NCBI GenBank assembly: GCA_032250835.1
Contig: JAVVEA010000004.1
Location: 183,670 to 247,669 of the forward strand
Direction of reading: 5' to 3'
Length of the DNA: 64,000 nucleotides
Source: a bacterium
Lineage (GTDB): Bacteria > SAR324 > XYD2-FULL-50-16
Within the stretch, counting starts at the first letter, position 1. The number at the start of each line of letters is the position of its first letter. The notes beneath the pieces are model-generated. The model saw only the letters and a program-made list of their open reading frames with translations. It did no database searches and was not told the origin of the DNA. Positions 27,981 to 41,700 of the stretch are shown one piece after another. Both the position numbers and the translations under genes were made by a program.

Positions 27981-28228
27981 GTCTTTCCCTGAAAAAAATG
28001 TTGCAAAGCGAAGTTTTTGCCCAGTGTAAGCGACTTTACTTGGGACAAAAAGGATACTTGTCTCTTAATTAATTTGGCAGGCTTTGTCTAATTTTTTTTG
28101 CCTGCCAACCCAAGAATTTTCCTGAGATTTTTACAGCAAGTTGAAATGCCACAACTTTTAAAAGTCACGTAACTCGATCAACTTTACTGAAGTTCCTCTA
28201 GACCCGCTTGGGGCGGGGTGTAACGAGT

Positions 28229-29830
28229 CTATTTCGCTCCCTGGCTAACCAAGAAATCGGCATAAGACATGTCTGTTTTTTGGATATGGTTGGTCAACCA
28301 ATCCTTTAAAATACCCAAGAGGTCCTCAAGGGTCTTGCGACCGGCCTTGAATTCCCCTAAAAAGGCCCCCACAGCGGCCAAGAAGTCGACGTGCGCTGGT
28401 TTGTGGGCCTCAAAGCCGGGATAGCCGTAGCTTTCCATCATGAACTCCTCAAAGGCGAAGTGGGCCACTGTGTAGTTGACCAGCGAATCGAGGATGTCCG
28501 AGTATTCTTCAAAGGGCTGGTGCTCTTCCTTGGCCCGGTGCAGGAGGTTGATCAGGTGCACCAGGGTCATGTGCTGCTCGTCGATCGAGGCTACCTTGAC
28601 GCTAAAGGCCTTGGACCATTGGATAAAGGGGGCCGGGCCTTCGGCTTGTTCTAGTTTGTCTAAAGAGCCAATGACTTGATCTAGGTGGTCTGCCGCCTTC
28701 TTTAAGGTGTTGGTGCCCGCTTGGCTTGAAGAGACCACTTGGCGCAACTCCTCAATCCGCGTGAGCATTTCGGCGCTGGAGTTTTTGAGGCCCTCGGATT
28801 GGCGAGATATTTCTTCAATGCCCCGCTCCTGGCTTTCCATGGCATTGTTGAGGTCGCCCATTTCGCTGGAAACCTCGTGTACTTGCGCCACAATACTGCG
28901 CAAATCGGTGCCCACTTGATTGACCACCTCGGTCCCTCGTTTGACCTCTTCTTGGCTCTGGGCGATCAATTGGTTGATCTCGGTGGCGCTACGGTTGACC
29001 CGGTCGGCCAACTTGCGGACCTCGTCGGCCACTACCGCAAAACCTTTGCCTTGCTCGCCGGCCTTGGCCGACTCGATGGCGGCGTTGAGGCTAAGCAAGT
29101 TGGTTTGGTTGGCGATTTCAGAGATGGTGACCACGATCTTGTTGATCTTGTCCGAAGAGGCGGTGATTCGGTGCATGGTGTCAATGGCCTGCTCGACCGA
29201 TTGGGCCCCGGCGGAGGTCTTTTGTTCTGCCTCGCTGGTCAGTTGGTCCATGCGGTGGATCTGCTCGGTGATAGTCTTTGAAGCGGCAGTTAATTGGCTT
29301 AGGGCCTCTGAAGACTGCTGGATCGCTTCAAAATCCGCTTCGGCGGTTTTATTGATCTTGCTAGTTGAGTTAAGGATGCACTTACCGTTGATGGTGAAGA
29401 TGTTCGCGCTTAGGGTAAGGCGGTCCGACTGCGCCCGCAGCAGTTGGCTCATGGTCCCCACCTCGCGGACAAAGCCGTTGAGTGTTTCCATCAATTCTTT
29501 AAACTCGCCCTTTTCCAAATCCGCCATTTCTTCATCAAAGCTGGTCTCGCCCCGCAGCACCTTAAGTACTTTTTCCTGATACCGTTTTAAGGGGCTGTAG
29601 AGCACAGCTCGCCCATACCAAGCAATGAGGCTCAATCCAATGGCACTCAATAAGAAGGCGGAGATAACGTAGGCGCGGATTGATTGGATATGCCGCATCA
29701 ATTGGGTATCTTGACCGGCTTGCGCTAAACCCTGAATATCCCCAGCGGCAAAGTAGGTTAACACTGCCGGGACAAAGAGAATCGCTAAGATGATGAGGCT
29801 GACAATAATCAGCTTGTTCTTAGGTGACAC
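28229..29830 (-). CDS. Methyl-accepting chemotaxis protein with C-terminal hemerythrin domain
   Basis: Two TMs; [59 protein letters not shown]. Confidence 0.93.
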   Translation of the reverse strand: MSPKNKLIIVSLIILAILFVPAVLTYFAAGDIQGLAQAGQDTQLMRHIQSIRAYVISAFLLSAIGLSLIAWYGRAVLYSPLKRYQEKVLKVLRGETSFDEEMADLEKGEFKELMETLNGFVREVGTMSQLLRAQSDRLTLSANIFTINGKCILNSTSKINKTAEADFEAIQQSSEALSQLTAASKTITEQIHRMDQLTSEAEQKTSAGAQSVEQAIDTMHRITASSDKINKIVVTISEIANQTNLLSLNAAIESAKAGEQGKGFAVVADEVRKLADRVNRSATEINQLIAQSQEEVKRGTEVVNQVGTDLRSIVAQVHEVSSEMGDLNNAMESQERGIEEISRQSEGLKNSSAEMLTRIEELRQVVSSSQAGTNTLKKAADHLDQVIGSLDKLEQAEGPAPFIQWSKAFSVKVASIDEQHMTLVHLINLLHRAKEEHQPFEEYSDILDSLVNYTVAHFAFEEFMMESYGYPGFEAHKPAHVDFLAAVGAFLGEFKAGRKTLEDLLGILKDWLTNHIQKTDMSYADFLVSQGAK

Positions 29831-30123
29831 GTAGGATAACCCTCCAAGAGTGGTAGGAAAATTGGTATTGGAGCGGTCAGAAGCCGCTGTACCCTATTAC
29901 AGGCTACCTAGGTGGCCTTGCAAGAAAAAAAATAAATCCAATTAAATGGAACTGGACTTGCCGATCCCCTAAGGCTATAATTTTACCAAAAAAATAGGTA
30001 ATAACCCCTAGGGCCCTTTCGTTATGGGGAAGTTGTTACTAAGGCTTTTGCTTGGGCCGAGCGTAAATAAAACGCTGAAAAATTCATAGGAAAAGTTTGT
30101 TAATCTACCCCATAGGCCAATAA

Positions 30124-31128
30124 ATGGACCCCTTGAGTCAAGGCTTGGTCGGCGCTGTTTTGGCGCAGGCCTTTGCTTCTAAAAAGAATCTGCGTTGCGC
30201 TTCGGTGGCTGGCTTTTTTGGCGGCATACTGGCTGATGTTGACGTTTTGATCCGCTCCGGTGACGACCCTCTCCTTAATTTGGAGTACCACCGGCACTTC
30301 ACCCATGCGCTCCTGTTTATCCCCCTCGGTGGTCTGATCGCGGCCTTGCTGCTGTGGCCCTTTATCGGGCGTAAGCTAGGGGGAAAAAGACTCTATGGTT
30401 TTGCTACCTTGGGTTACGCCACCGCCGGGTTGCTCGACGCCTGCACTACCTACGGCACCAGGATCTATTGGCCCTTTAGTTATGAAAAGGTCGCTTGGAA
30501 CCTGATTTCTGTGGTGGACCCGATCTTTACCCTGGTCTTGTTCTTCTTGGTGGGGGCTGCCTTCTGGCGGCGGGCCGTTGGGCGCGCTTATTTGGGGTTG
30601 GCCTTTGGGGCGCTTTACCTCACCTTAGGTTACCACCAACACCAACGCGCCGTCCAAGCCCAGGCGGCCATGGCCTTTGAGCGCAAACATGCCATGGTCA
30701 AAGCAACCACCAAGCCTACGTTGGGCAACCTCTTTTTGTGGCGCAGCGTTTATCAGTCCGAGGGCAAGTATTTTGTAGACGCTGTCAATCTGGTGCCCGG
30801 GAAAACCCCCAAATGGTACCGAGGGGAATCGATCGAGGCTTTGGCTTGGCAAGAACGCTTCGCCAACCTAGATAAGCAGACGCCTTTACACGAAGACCTA
30901 GCGCGCTTTGAGGAGTTTTCTCAGGGCTATGTGATCGCTGCTCCGGACCGGCCCAACAGCTTGGGTGACGTGCGCTACGCTATGTTACCCAATCAGGTGG
31001 ACCCGCTTTGGGGCATTGAATACGATCCCGAAAATCCCAACGAACGGGCGGTCTTTGAAAATTGGCGGCGCGCCGAGCCGGATACCCTCCAACGCTTTTT
31101 TACCATGCTGGTCGGCGAAGAGCTTTAA
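30124..31128 (+). CDS. Membrane metal-dependent hydrolase (YdjM-like)
   Basis: MDPLSQGLVGA, ADVD, HRHFTH, LLDACTTYGT and ISVVDP motifs. Confidence 0.85.
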   Translation: MDPLSQGLVGAVLAQAFASKKNLRCASVAGFFGGILADVDVLIRSGDDPLLNLEYHRHFTHALLFIPLGGLIAALLLWPFIGRKLGGKRLYGFATLGYATAGLLDACTTYGTRIYWPFSYEKVAWNLISVVDPIFTLVLFFLVGAAFWRRAVGRAYLGLAFGALYLTLGYHQHQRAVQAQAAMAFERKHAMVKATTKPTLGNLFLWRSVYQSEGKYFVDAVNLVPGKTPKWYRGESIEALAWQERFANLDKQTPLHEDLARFEEFSQGYVIAAPDRPNSLGDVRYAMLPNQVDPLWGIEYDPENPNERAVFENWRRAEPDTLQRFFTMLVGEEL

Positions 31129-31300
31129 TCCGAAGTGCCCGGTATACCGCCAGTCCACTTAAGCGGTGGCAGGGTTGATGGATTAAGGAGCAACCAATGA
31201 TTGAACGGCACACCGATTTTATCGTATGGTGTAGCTGTGCAAAATAACCGTCCTGCTTCCCTAAGCCGCCAAGGGCGGTTTAATTCGATCCATCGGTGCC

Positions 31301-31837
31301 ATGAACATTACCCTTTGCGACAGCTCGCAAGCCCAAGCGGTGGAAGCATTCTTTGATGCTGTGTTCACCGACTCTGAAGATGCCACAGAAGGCCGGATTG
31401 TCGGCAGATTGGCCTTTGATCTTCTCACCCAAACCGAGCCCGAAGATTTGTTCGCCATTGCCGCTTGGGAAGAAGAAGACCTAGTCGGCTGCATTATCTT
31501 CAGCCGCATGAGATTTGAATTAGAACTCCCAGCCTTTTTGATGGCACCCGTCGGAGTGCACAGCGAACATCAAAGAAAGGGTGTGGGGCAAGGGCTGATA
31601 CGGCACGGGTTGACCGAACTAGCAAAAAGAGGAATCCAGTTGGTGCTGACCTATGGCGACCCGAAATATTATGGCAAAACGGGCTTTCGGCAGGTAACGG
31701 CCCATGAAATCCCTCCGCCTTTTGAACTGAGCCAACCGATCGGTTGGTTGGCGCAAAGGCTGGACGGCCAAAGGATCAGGCCCATTGAGGGGAGGTCGAC
31801 CTGCGTTGCGGCAATGCACAAACAAGAATACTGGTAA
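31301..31837 (+). CDS. GNAT N-acetyltransferase (YhbS-like)
   Basis: MAPVGVHSEHQRKGVGQGLI and YGDPKYYGKTGF motifs. Confidence 0.9.
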   Translation: MNITLCDSSQAQAVEAFFDAVFTDSEDATEGRIVGRLAFDLLTQTEPEDLFAIAAWEEEDLVGCIIFSRMRFELELPAFLMAPVGVHSEHQRKGVGQGLIRHGLTELAKRGIQLVLTYGDPKYYGKTGFRQVTAHEIPPPFELSQPIGWLAQRLDGQRIRPIEGRSTCVAAMHKQEYW

Positions 31838-31934
31838 TCAGTCCTGTCTCAATCCTCCGGCAAAGCCTGGTACGCCTTAGGCCGCTCGTCCATCCAAGCT
31901 TGCAAAGAAAGTATGTGCTTCGGCGGGCTTACCT

Positions 31935-33320
31935 TCAGCCGTACACCTGTTTGGGAAGCCACAGCACCAAATCAGGAACAAACCACAAAAGGGCTAAGAC
32001 CAAAATCTGGATGCCGATGAAGGGCACCACGCCCTTGTATATCGCCGCGGTACTGACCTCTGGCGGGGCCACGCCACGCAGGTAGAAGAGGGCAAAACCG
32101 AAGGGCGGGGTCAGGAAGCTGGTCTGTAAGTTGATGGCGATCATCACCCCTAGCCAGATCGGGTCAAGCCCCATGGCCAAAAGGATGGGCCCAACAATGG
32201 GGACCACCACGAAGGTGATCTCGAAGAAGTCTAAAAAGAAGCCTAAGAAAAACATCACCACCATGACCAACACAAAGGCGGCGATCATCCCCCCCGGCAG
32301 GTTGGCTAAGAAGTGGGCGACTACCTCGTCGCCGTGATAACCGCGAAATACCAAGGAAAACAAGCTAGAGCCCAAGAGGATGGTGAACACCATGGTGTTC
32401 ACTTCGGCGGTGCTGGTCATCACCTGCTTGAGGTTGCTTAAGCTCAGCTGACCCTTGAAGCCCGCCATCAAGATAGCCCCCACCGAGCCCACTGCGGCTG
32501 CTTCGGTCGGCGTGGCCACCCCCGCCAAGATGGACCCCAAAACCCCGATGATCAGCAGCAAAGGCGGGATCAAGACCTTGAGCACCCGCCCGCTTAAGTC
32601 GCCCGGAGCCAAGGCCGCCAGTTCTTCGGGCGGCACCGCCGGGGCCAACTCGGGCTTGGCCAAGGCGGCGAGGTACACAAACACCATATATAGGAGAACC
32701 AACAAAAGCCCCGGAAAGAGGGCCCCTAAAAATAAGTCCCCTACGCTAACCGCCGAGGGGGCAAAGTTGCCCAGCGAGAGTTGGGCCTGTTGGTGGGCCG
32801 AGCTGATCACGTCGCCGAGTAAGACCAAGATGATCGAAGGGGGGATGATCTGCCCCAAGGTGCCCGAGGCGGTGATGATCCCGGCGGCAAAGCTGGGTTG
32901 GTATTGGTAGCGCAACATCACCGGCAGAGAGATCAAGCCCATGGTCACCACCGTGGCCCCGACGATCCCCGTGCTGGCCGCCAAAAGGGCCCCGACCAAA
33001 CAGATGGAAATCCCAATGCCGCCCCTAGTCGCACCAAACAGCAAGCCCAAGGTTTCGAGTAGGTCCTCACTGATCTTGCTGCGCTCGAGCATGACGCCCA
33101 TGAAGATAAAGAGCGGTACGGCGATCAGCGTTTGGTTACCCATCACCCCAAAGATACGTTCCGGGAAGGCGGCAAAATAGCCAGCATCAAAGACCCCGAA
33201 GAGCCAGCCGCCCCCGGCGAAGATCAAGGCCGAGCCAGCCAGTGAAAAGGCCACTGGATAGCCCATCAGCAAAATGCCCATGGTCAGGGCAAACATCAAC
33301 AAAGGTGCCCAGTCGCCCAT
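31935..33320 (-). CDS. dctM: TRAP transporter large permease
   Basis: AVPLFIFMG, GTLGQIIPPS, TPTEAAAVG and LTPPFG motifs. Confidence 0.93.
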   Translation of the reverse strand: MGDWAPLLMFALTMGILLMGYPVAFSLAGSALIFAGGGWLFGVFDAGYFAAFPERIFGVMGNQTLIAVPLFIFMGVMLERSKISEDLLETLGLLFGATRGGIGISICLVGALLAASTGIVGATVVTMGLISLPVMLRYQYQPSFAAGIITASGTLGQIIPPSIILVLLGDVISSAHQQAQLSLGNFAPSAVSVGDLFLGALFPGLLLVLLYMVFVYLAALAKPELAPAVPPEELAALAPGDLSGRVLKVLIPPLLLIIGVLGSILAGVATPTEAAAVGSVGAILMAGFKGQLSLSNLKQVMTSTAEVNTMVFTILLGSSLFSLVFRGYHGDEVVAHFLANLPGGMIAAFVLVMVVMFFLGFFLDFFEITFVVVPIVGPILLAMGLDPIWLGVMIAINLQTSFLTPPFGFALFYLRGVAPPEVSTAAIYKGVVPFIGIQILVLALLWFVPDLVLWLPKQVYG

Positions 33321-33823
33321 CAGCTCTCCTCACCCAAAAGCACCAACCAAGCTTTAGAAGCCTGTGATAGCCCCTGCAAAATCAACAAAAGCGGCATCAC
33401 CACCACCATGGACTTGATCAGAAACAGGCCCGGAATCCCGCCGGTTTCGCCGGAACCCTCAAAAATCCTCCAGGAATCGGCAGCATAGCCCCAGCCATGG
33501 AAAAGGATCAGCCCGCAGAAGGGAAAGAGCAGTAGGAGGGTTCCGGCCAGGTCGATCCAGGCCTTGGTCCGGGGGGTGGCGGGGCGATAGAAGAGGTCCA
33601 CCCGCACATGCCCTTCGGTTTTTAAGGCGTAAGGAATAGCCAGCAGGAACAAGAGGGCGTGTAGATAGGTGACCGACTCCTGCATCCATATCCAGCCTAT
33701 ATTAAAGAGATAGCGTAGCAGGGCCACCAAAAAGGTGACCGCCACCATGCCCAAAATAAGCCAAGAGGCGGCCCTTCCGGTGGCCTCGGTGAGTCGGTCG
33801 ATCCGCGTGATCCAAACTTTCAT
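33320..33823 (-). CDS. dctQ: TRAP transporter small permease
   Basis: 4 TMs; EGHVRVDLFY motif. Confidence 0.9.
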   Translation of the reverse strand: MKVWITRIDRLTEATGRAASWLILGMVAVTFLVALLRYLFNIGWIWMQESVTYLHALLFLLAIPYALKTEGHVRVDLFYRPATPRTKAWIDLAGTLLLLFPFCGLILFHGWGYAADSWRIFEGSGETGGIPGLFLIKSMVVVMPLLLILQGLSQASKAWLVLLGEES

Positions 33824-33828
33824 AAGAG

Positions 33829-34977
33829 CTAGCTGAGGGTAAGTTGGCGCGCTTGGGCAAAGCCCTGCTCACCCAAACGGGTCCACTTGGCTGCCTCAAA
33901 GCGGAATTTGGCAAAGGAGTCGTAAATTTTTTGGCTCTCTGGGTCCTGCTGGGCCACCTCGGCAACCACCGCTTGGGCCGTTTGGCCCAACTTGGTCAAG
34001 ATTTGGTCGCTGAACTGACGCAGTTGGACTTTGTGTTGGGTGATCAAGGTTTCTAAGGCTTGTCCGTTGCGGGCCGTAAATTCGGCCAACATCTGGTCAC
34101 GGGCGACCCGCATAGCCGCAGAGACGACGGCTTTTAAGTCGCTAGGCAGCGCTTCGAAGGTCTTTAAGTTGACCAAACACTCCATCTCCGAGCCCGGCTC
34201 GTGCCAGCCCGGTCCGTAATAGTATTTGGCGATCTTATAAAACCCAAAGGCTAGGTCGTTGTAGGGCCCCACCCATTCGGTGGCGTCGATGGCACCGGAT
34301 TGAAGGGACTGGAAGATTTCACCGCCCGGCAGGCTGACGGGCGTGCCGCCCAAACGGGCTAAGACCTCGCCCCCTAAGCCGGGCATCCGCATCTTTAACC
34401 CACTAAAGTCGGCTAGGGTATTGATCTCTTTGTTGAACCAACCGCCCATTTGGACGCCGGTGTTGCCTGCGGCAAAGGGCTTGAGCCCGAAGGGGCGGTA
34501 GAGGTCATCCCACAATTGCTGGGCCCCGCCGAAGTTGATCCAAGCGCTCATTTCCTGGGCGTTCAGGCCGAAGGGAACGGCGGTAAAAAACTGGGCCGCC
34601 GAACTCTTGCCTTTCCAGTAATAGGCCGCCCCGTGACCCAATTCGGCGGTGCCTTTAGAGACCGCTTCGAAGGTGCCGAAGGCCGGTACTAGTTCCCCTG
34701 CGCCAAAGACTTTAACCTTGATCCGCCCTCCGCTCATCTGCTCCAACAGCTCGGCTAAATAGTTGGCGCCGGTACCCAACCCAGGGAAGTTCTTGGGCCA
34801 AGTGGTGACCATCTTCCATTCTAGGGTTTTGTTGAGGTTGAGCATCGGCGCGCCGGTGGCGGCCTGGGGCGCGCATTCTTTGGATTCGCAACCGGCCAAA
34901 AGGCCCAGCGCGCCCACGGCGGCACCGGCCCCAAGCGCTTTGACTAGGGTTCTGCGTTCGAGCGGTTTCTTTTCCAT
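33829..34977 (-). CDS. dctP: TRAP substrate-binding protein (TakP-like, twin-arginine signal)
   Basis: ERRTLVK; WKMVTTWP, GNTGVQMGGWF, DATEWVGP and WHEPG motifs. Confidence 0.92.
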   Translation of the reverse strand: MEKKPLERRTLVKALGAGAAVGALGLLAGCESKECAPQAATGAPMLNLNKTLEWKMVTTWPKNFPGLGTGANYLAELLEQMSGGRIKVKVFGAGELVPAFGTFEAVSKGTAELGHGAAYYWKGKSSAAQFFTAVPFGLNAQEMSAWINFGGAQQLWDDLYRPFGLKPFAAGNTGVQMGGWFNKEINTLADFSGLKMRMPGLGGEVLARLGGTPVSLPGGEIFQSLQSGAIDATEWVGPYNDLAFGFYKIAKYYYGPGWHEPGSEMECLVNLKTFEALPSDLKAVVSAAMRVARDQMLAEFTARNGQALETLITQHKVQLRQFSDQILTKLGQTAQAVVAEVAQQDPESQKIYDSFAKFRFEAAKWTRLGEQGFAQARQLTLS

Positions 34978-35239
34978 AACGAGCCTTTGGGTAAGGGGTC
35001 TGGGTCCTTCGGACCGGATCATTTCGACCCAAGACTAGCCGCATTCGAGGGCCTTTGAAAAGCCCCCAAGCAATGAAGGGGCGGCAAAAAGAAACCAGCG
35101 TCGGATGCTTGGGTGAGGCAAGGCACCCCAGCCGAATAGCTAGGTTTAAAGTGCTGTTAAATTAGAAAAAGCTTTTCAGAATTTTGTGTTTTAGGTTACC
35201 TTGCCCCAAACTAATTCTCTAAATTCCTGGAGTGAAAAG

Positions 35240-35473
35240 ATGTCTACCTGGATTGCCAAGTCAGCCAGACTGACCTTTGAAGCCGGAGAAACCCGCTATT
35301 TCTGTCGCTGCGGCCAATCAAATAACCAGCCCTTTTGCGACGGCAGCCACCAAGGTAGCGGGCTCACGCCCTTGAAACATCAATTTGAAGTTGCAGGCGA
35401 ATACAAAATTTGCCAATGCGGACGCTCCAAAGTCCTGCCTATTTGTGATTCTTCCCATAAAGACCGGCCTTAA
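35240..35473 (+). CDS. CDGSH iron-sulfur protein with two motifs
   Basis: CRCGQSNNQPFCDGSH and CQCGRSKVLPICDSSH. Confidence 0.9.
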   Translation: MSTWIAKSARLTFEAGETRYFCRCGQSNNQPFCDGSHQGSGLTPLKHQFEVAGEYKICQCGRSKVLPICDSSHKDRP

Positions 35474-35481
35474 ACCCGTCG

Positions 35482-37165
<1,684 letters not shown>

Positions 37166-37194
<29 letters not shown>

Positions 37195-38257
37195 AGTAGA
37201 ACTGGGTCCCTTGACCGGGCGTCGATTCGACCCAAATAGGTTGGTCATGTCGGCTCAAAAACTCCTGCACCATCAACAACCCCAAGCCGGTGCCTTCCTC
37301 GCCCTGAGTCCCTGGGGTAGTGACCTGCTGGTCTAACTTGAATAACTTTGCCAGCACTTCGGGTTTCATGCCCACCCCCTGGTCTTTAACCGATACCTGC
37401 CAGCCCATTTCCACCGCTTCGGCCCCTATGCTGATCTGGCTTTGGCGGTGGCTGAATTTAAGCGCATTGGAGAGTAGGTTACGCAGGACCGTGTGCAGCA
37501 TCTGGGCATCCGCAAAGACCGTCGCCTCGGCGGGAATATCCAGCGCCCAGGTGATCTCTTTGGCCTTGGCTTGTTCGTTGAGCAGGTCCACCACCTCTTG
37601 GACCAACGGGGCGAGCCCCAGTGAGCTTGGCTCAAAGGCGATGCGCCCCGTCTGGGCTCGGGCCCATTCGAGCAATTGGATCAGCAAGCGGTAGCCAGTC
37701 TTGGATGAGTGGTTGATCCCTTCAATTAGGGGCAACATTTCTTCTTTGGGCAGTTGGTCGAACTCATCGACCAAGAGGTCGCTAATACCGACCAGACCAT
37801 TGAAGGGCCCTTTGAGGTCGTGGGAGATGATCGAAAAGAAGCGGTCCTTGGCTGCGTTGGCTTCTTTTAATTGGCGCAGGGCGACGCGTAGCTTGAGGTG
37901 CGTGTTGACTCGGGCCTGGATTTCGCCGGTGTTAAAGGGCTTGGAAACATAATCCACCGCCCCGGCGGCAAAGCCCAGGGCAAGGCTTTCTTCGTCGCTT
38001 TTAGCGGTCAAGAAGATCACCGGGATGTCAGCCGTTTGGGCCTTTGCTTTGAGCTGGCGGCAGACTTCATAACCGTCCATGCCGGGCATCATCACATCCA
38101 ACAAGATCAAATCCGGTTGGATGCGCTCTACTTGCTGTAGCGCCTCGATCCCACTCTGGGCGAAGGCCAAGGGGTGTCCTTGGGAAGCCAAAGCCTGGGC
38201 GGCTAGCTGGATGTTTTGGGGGTTGTCGTCAACAATCAAGATCGGCGGTTGGCTCAT
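37166..38257 (-). CDS. REC-HisKA-HATPase hybrid
   Basis: LLDVMMPGMDG, IISHDLKGP and GTGLGL motifs. Confidence 0.92.
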
Positions 38258-38667
38258 GCAGTTTTTTGGGGCTCAAAACCCATTTGGTCCAATAGCCGGT
38301 ACACCGTCGTTTCTTTGTAGGGTTTGGTGAGGTAGTGGCGCGCGCCGGCTTCGAGGCTCGCTTGGATGTCCGGCCCATCTCGAAGTGCGGAGACCATCAC
38401 CACCTCAACCCCCTTTTCGACCTGTTGCTGCATTTCCCAGTCCCGAATCTTCTCTAGCACCTGGTTTCCCGTCATGCCCGGCATCATTACGTCCAAGAAG
38501 ATCACATCCGCCGGCTTCCCTTGCTGGTAAAGCTCCGTGAATTGGTTGATGGCGTCGAAGCCGTCTACCGCAAAAAAACATTCCCCATAGCCGCGTAACA
38601 AATGCTCCAACAAGGATCGGTTGATCGTGTTGTCATCTACAATCAAAAAGCGTGGGGGCTGGGACAT
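38254..38667 (-). CDS. Single-domain response regulator
   Basis: LIVDD, LDVMMPGM and LTKP motifs. Confidence 0.9.
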   Translation of the reverse strand: MSQPPRFLIVDDNTINRSLLEHLLRGYGECFFAVDGFDAINQFTELYQQGKPADVIFLDVMMPGMTGNQVLEKIRDWEMQQQVEKGVEVVMVSALRDGPDIQASLEAGARHYLTKPYKETTVYRLLDQMGFEPQKTA

Positions 38668-38739
38668 ATTGAGTATCTTAAGATTGTGGTTTTATAACCC
38701 ACAACCTAACAGACCTAGACGGTCCTGTTAAGAGTCAAA

Positions 38740-41700
38740 TTAGAGGAAACTACGTAATCCCCGCACTAGTTTGGGGTAGGCGTTGAGGCTTAACTGGATT
38801 CCCGCTAAATCAAAGGATTTGGCTTGGTCGAGCATTTGACGGCCCAGTCGGGCTAAGGGCTCGACCGAAAACTGCTGCCCTAGTCCTTCTAAGAGGGCCC
38901 CGAAGGTTTCGATCTCGCCGAAGAGCTTGTTGGACTCCACTTGGACGTAGCGGGCCATCAAGGGGCCTTCGAGTTGCTCCACCAAAACACCCAAGCGACC
39001 AAAGGCGGCGGGGTCCAATTCGCTTTGCTCGGCTGCTGCTTCTGGTGCGGTCACCTGGTCCGGTAGCGGGTCCACAAAGCGGGCGATCTCTCGGGCCAGC
39101 CGGTCACGGTCCACCGGCTTGAGCAGAATACCGGCAAAACCCAAATGCGATAAGTCTTCTTCGGGCGCACCCAAGTTTGAGGCGGTCACCGCCACCACCG
39201 GGATCGATGCCCAGCGTGGGTCTCCCTTGAGACGCGCCATTAGCTTACGCCCGTCCAACCGGGGCATTTTGATGTCCGTTAAGATCAGGTCCGGCTTTTG
39301 GGCCTCGATCTTCTCCAACGCTTCGATTCCGTCTACGGCGGTTTCCAGCAGTAAGCCCGAATCACGGAAAAATTCGGCGATCAATTCGCGGATTTCTAGG
39401 TTGTCTTCGACCAGCAGCAACCTTGCAGCCACAAATTTCTGGGGTGCTGGGGCCAGAGAAGAGGCCAAGGACCTACCACCTTGGACTAGCTTGATCCCCG
39501 GCAAGTGGACCGTAAAGGCAGAGCCTTGGCCTAATTGGCTGACCACGCTGATTTCGCCGCCCATCATCTGCACCAGCTTTTGGCTGATCGCTAGCCCTAA
39601 GCCGGTGCCGCCGTATTTTTTGGTGGACTGTCCTTCTTGCTGGGTGAAGTCGTCAAAGATGCTTTGCAGCGCTTCGGGTACGATGCCCACCCCGGTGTCT
39701 TCAATGCGGATCGTCAGGTCCACCGTCTCGCCGTCGGAGTTGCGCTCCGGAGCGGCCAAAATGCGGATCTCCCCGGCTTCGGTGAATTTGATGGCGTTGC
39801 CGATCAGGTTAACCAAAATCTGCCGCAGCCGGATTTCGTCGAGCAGCAACGCTTCGGGCAAGCGTCGGTCCACCAGCTTGACCAACCGCAAGCCTTTCTG
39901 CTCGCTACTCAACTGGAATACCGAGACCACCTCGCCGATCAAGTCGCTCAGATGGGTCGGGGTGGACTCAAGCCGCATCTTTCCGGCTTCGATTTTCGAC
40001 AGGTCAAGGATGTCGTTGATCAGGGTCAACAGACCTTTTCCCGCTGATTTGACGGAGTTCAGGTAGCCCCGCTGGCGCGGATCGTCGATCAGGCCGTCTA
40101 AGATTTCGGTATAGCCCAGCACCGCATTCAGGGGGGTGCGGATTTCGTGGCTCATGTTGGCTAAGAAGTCGCTCTTGGCGCGGTTCGCCGCTTCGGCGGT
40201 TTGTTTGGCGCTGAACAACTCGCGGGCCTGTTGCTTGCGTTCGGTGATGTCTTCTTGGATGCCGAGGAAGTTGAGCAGCTCGCCGGATTCGCTTAAGACC
40301 GGTGAGATGCTGGCGATGGCCCAGTAGCTGCTTCCGTCCTTGCGGCGGTTGTGGAATTCCCCCTGCCAGACCCGGCCCGAGGTGATCTGGTGCCAAAGCT
40401 GTTGGTAGTTTTCTAGCGGCATTTCACCGGACTTAAGAATACGAGGCGTCTTTCCCTGGGCTTCCTCTAGTTGGTACCCAGTGATCCGCGTGAAGGCGGG
40501 GTTTACGTATTCGATGATGCCGTCGGGATCGGTGATGATCAGCGACGCTGGGCTCTGCTCCACTGCCTGACGCAGCCGGTTGGCTTGGCGTTCGGCCTGT
40601 TTTTGGGCGCTGATGTCTAAGACAAAACCCAGGATCTGGGACTCTTCGTCATGCCGAGGCGTCACCATCCGCTTACCCACGATCAGGTCCATTCGTTGGC
40701 CCTGGCGGTAGATCGGGAATTCTTCAAGTTCCGTGTGGCCACTGACTAGCGCCGCTTGGTCGCTCTTTAAAATCGCCTGGGCCTCAGCGGCAGGAAGTAG
40801 CTCGTCGGGCCGTTTGCCCACCACTTCTTCGGGGGTTGCGCCCAAGAAAGCGGCCATTTCGTGGTTGCAGAGCTGATAGCGGCCTTGCAGGTCTTTGAGG
40901 AAAATGGCCACCGGCACGGAATCTAACATCTGCGAGGTCAGTCGGCGTTGGTCTTCTAACTCGGACCAAGCCCGGTCTTGCAGGGTACGCCCACGGGCCA
41001 AAAGGAAACAAACGTAGACCAAACCATCGGTCGCCAGTAACCAAAAGAGCCAAACGTAGTCTTCGCTGTTGCCCACGGCATGGTGGACCTCGGCGTGGTC
41101 GATAAAAGACACCAACCGCAGCGTCTCTAAGGCCTCTTTGGGCGCTTCGCTTAAGTGCTCTTGGCCGACCAGTTCACTTATCTGTAAGGTTCCCTGGGTG
41201 ATGAGGTCATTGCCAAGCCAATACTGGCTTGGCATATCGCTCATTTTGGGAATTTCCTGGGTGAGCCGTTTGGGTATCGCGCTTCGTTGGTCTGTGCCGA
41301 CAAAAACCAGCGGATTGCCCTTGCGGTCTAAGAGCACAAAACGCCCCGGAAGATCCGCCATATGGGTGCTTAAGTCGGATGCCAGGAGGCGGTGGGAATA
41401 GTAAAGCGCCAAGGCCCCAACCACTTGTCCTTGGTCAAATAGGGGCGCATCAAAATAGAGGCTGCTGCCCGGACCCATTTTGCCGCCCAGCAAGATGGAC
41501 CCTGGCGCTAAGCTATACACATAAGGCAACACCGGCTGTCCGTCTTGGCCTAGCTGGGGTGGCTCTGTGGTGGAGTCGATCTGTCCGCTCAGGGACAGAT
41601 GCAGCGAAAAAACCGCCGATTCTTGGCCGGGGCGGAAGAGCGCCAAGCCTCCATAAATGCTTTTGGCTTTCAAGAAGGTTTTTAACTCTTCGCGAACCTG

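Noticed and set aside
31301-31860. GNAT gene as an integron cassette
   Set aside because: No attC-like RYYYAAC...GTTRRRY structure found
39119-40066. 315-aa antisense ORF and similar shadow ORFs (8124-8939, 28920-29579, 45023-45769, 48597-49304)
   Set aside because: They lie opposite well-supported genes, show no motifs, and are expected from GC-rich codon bias
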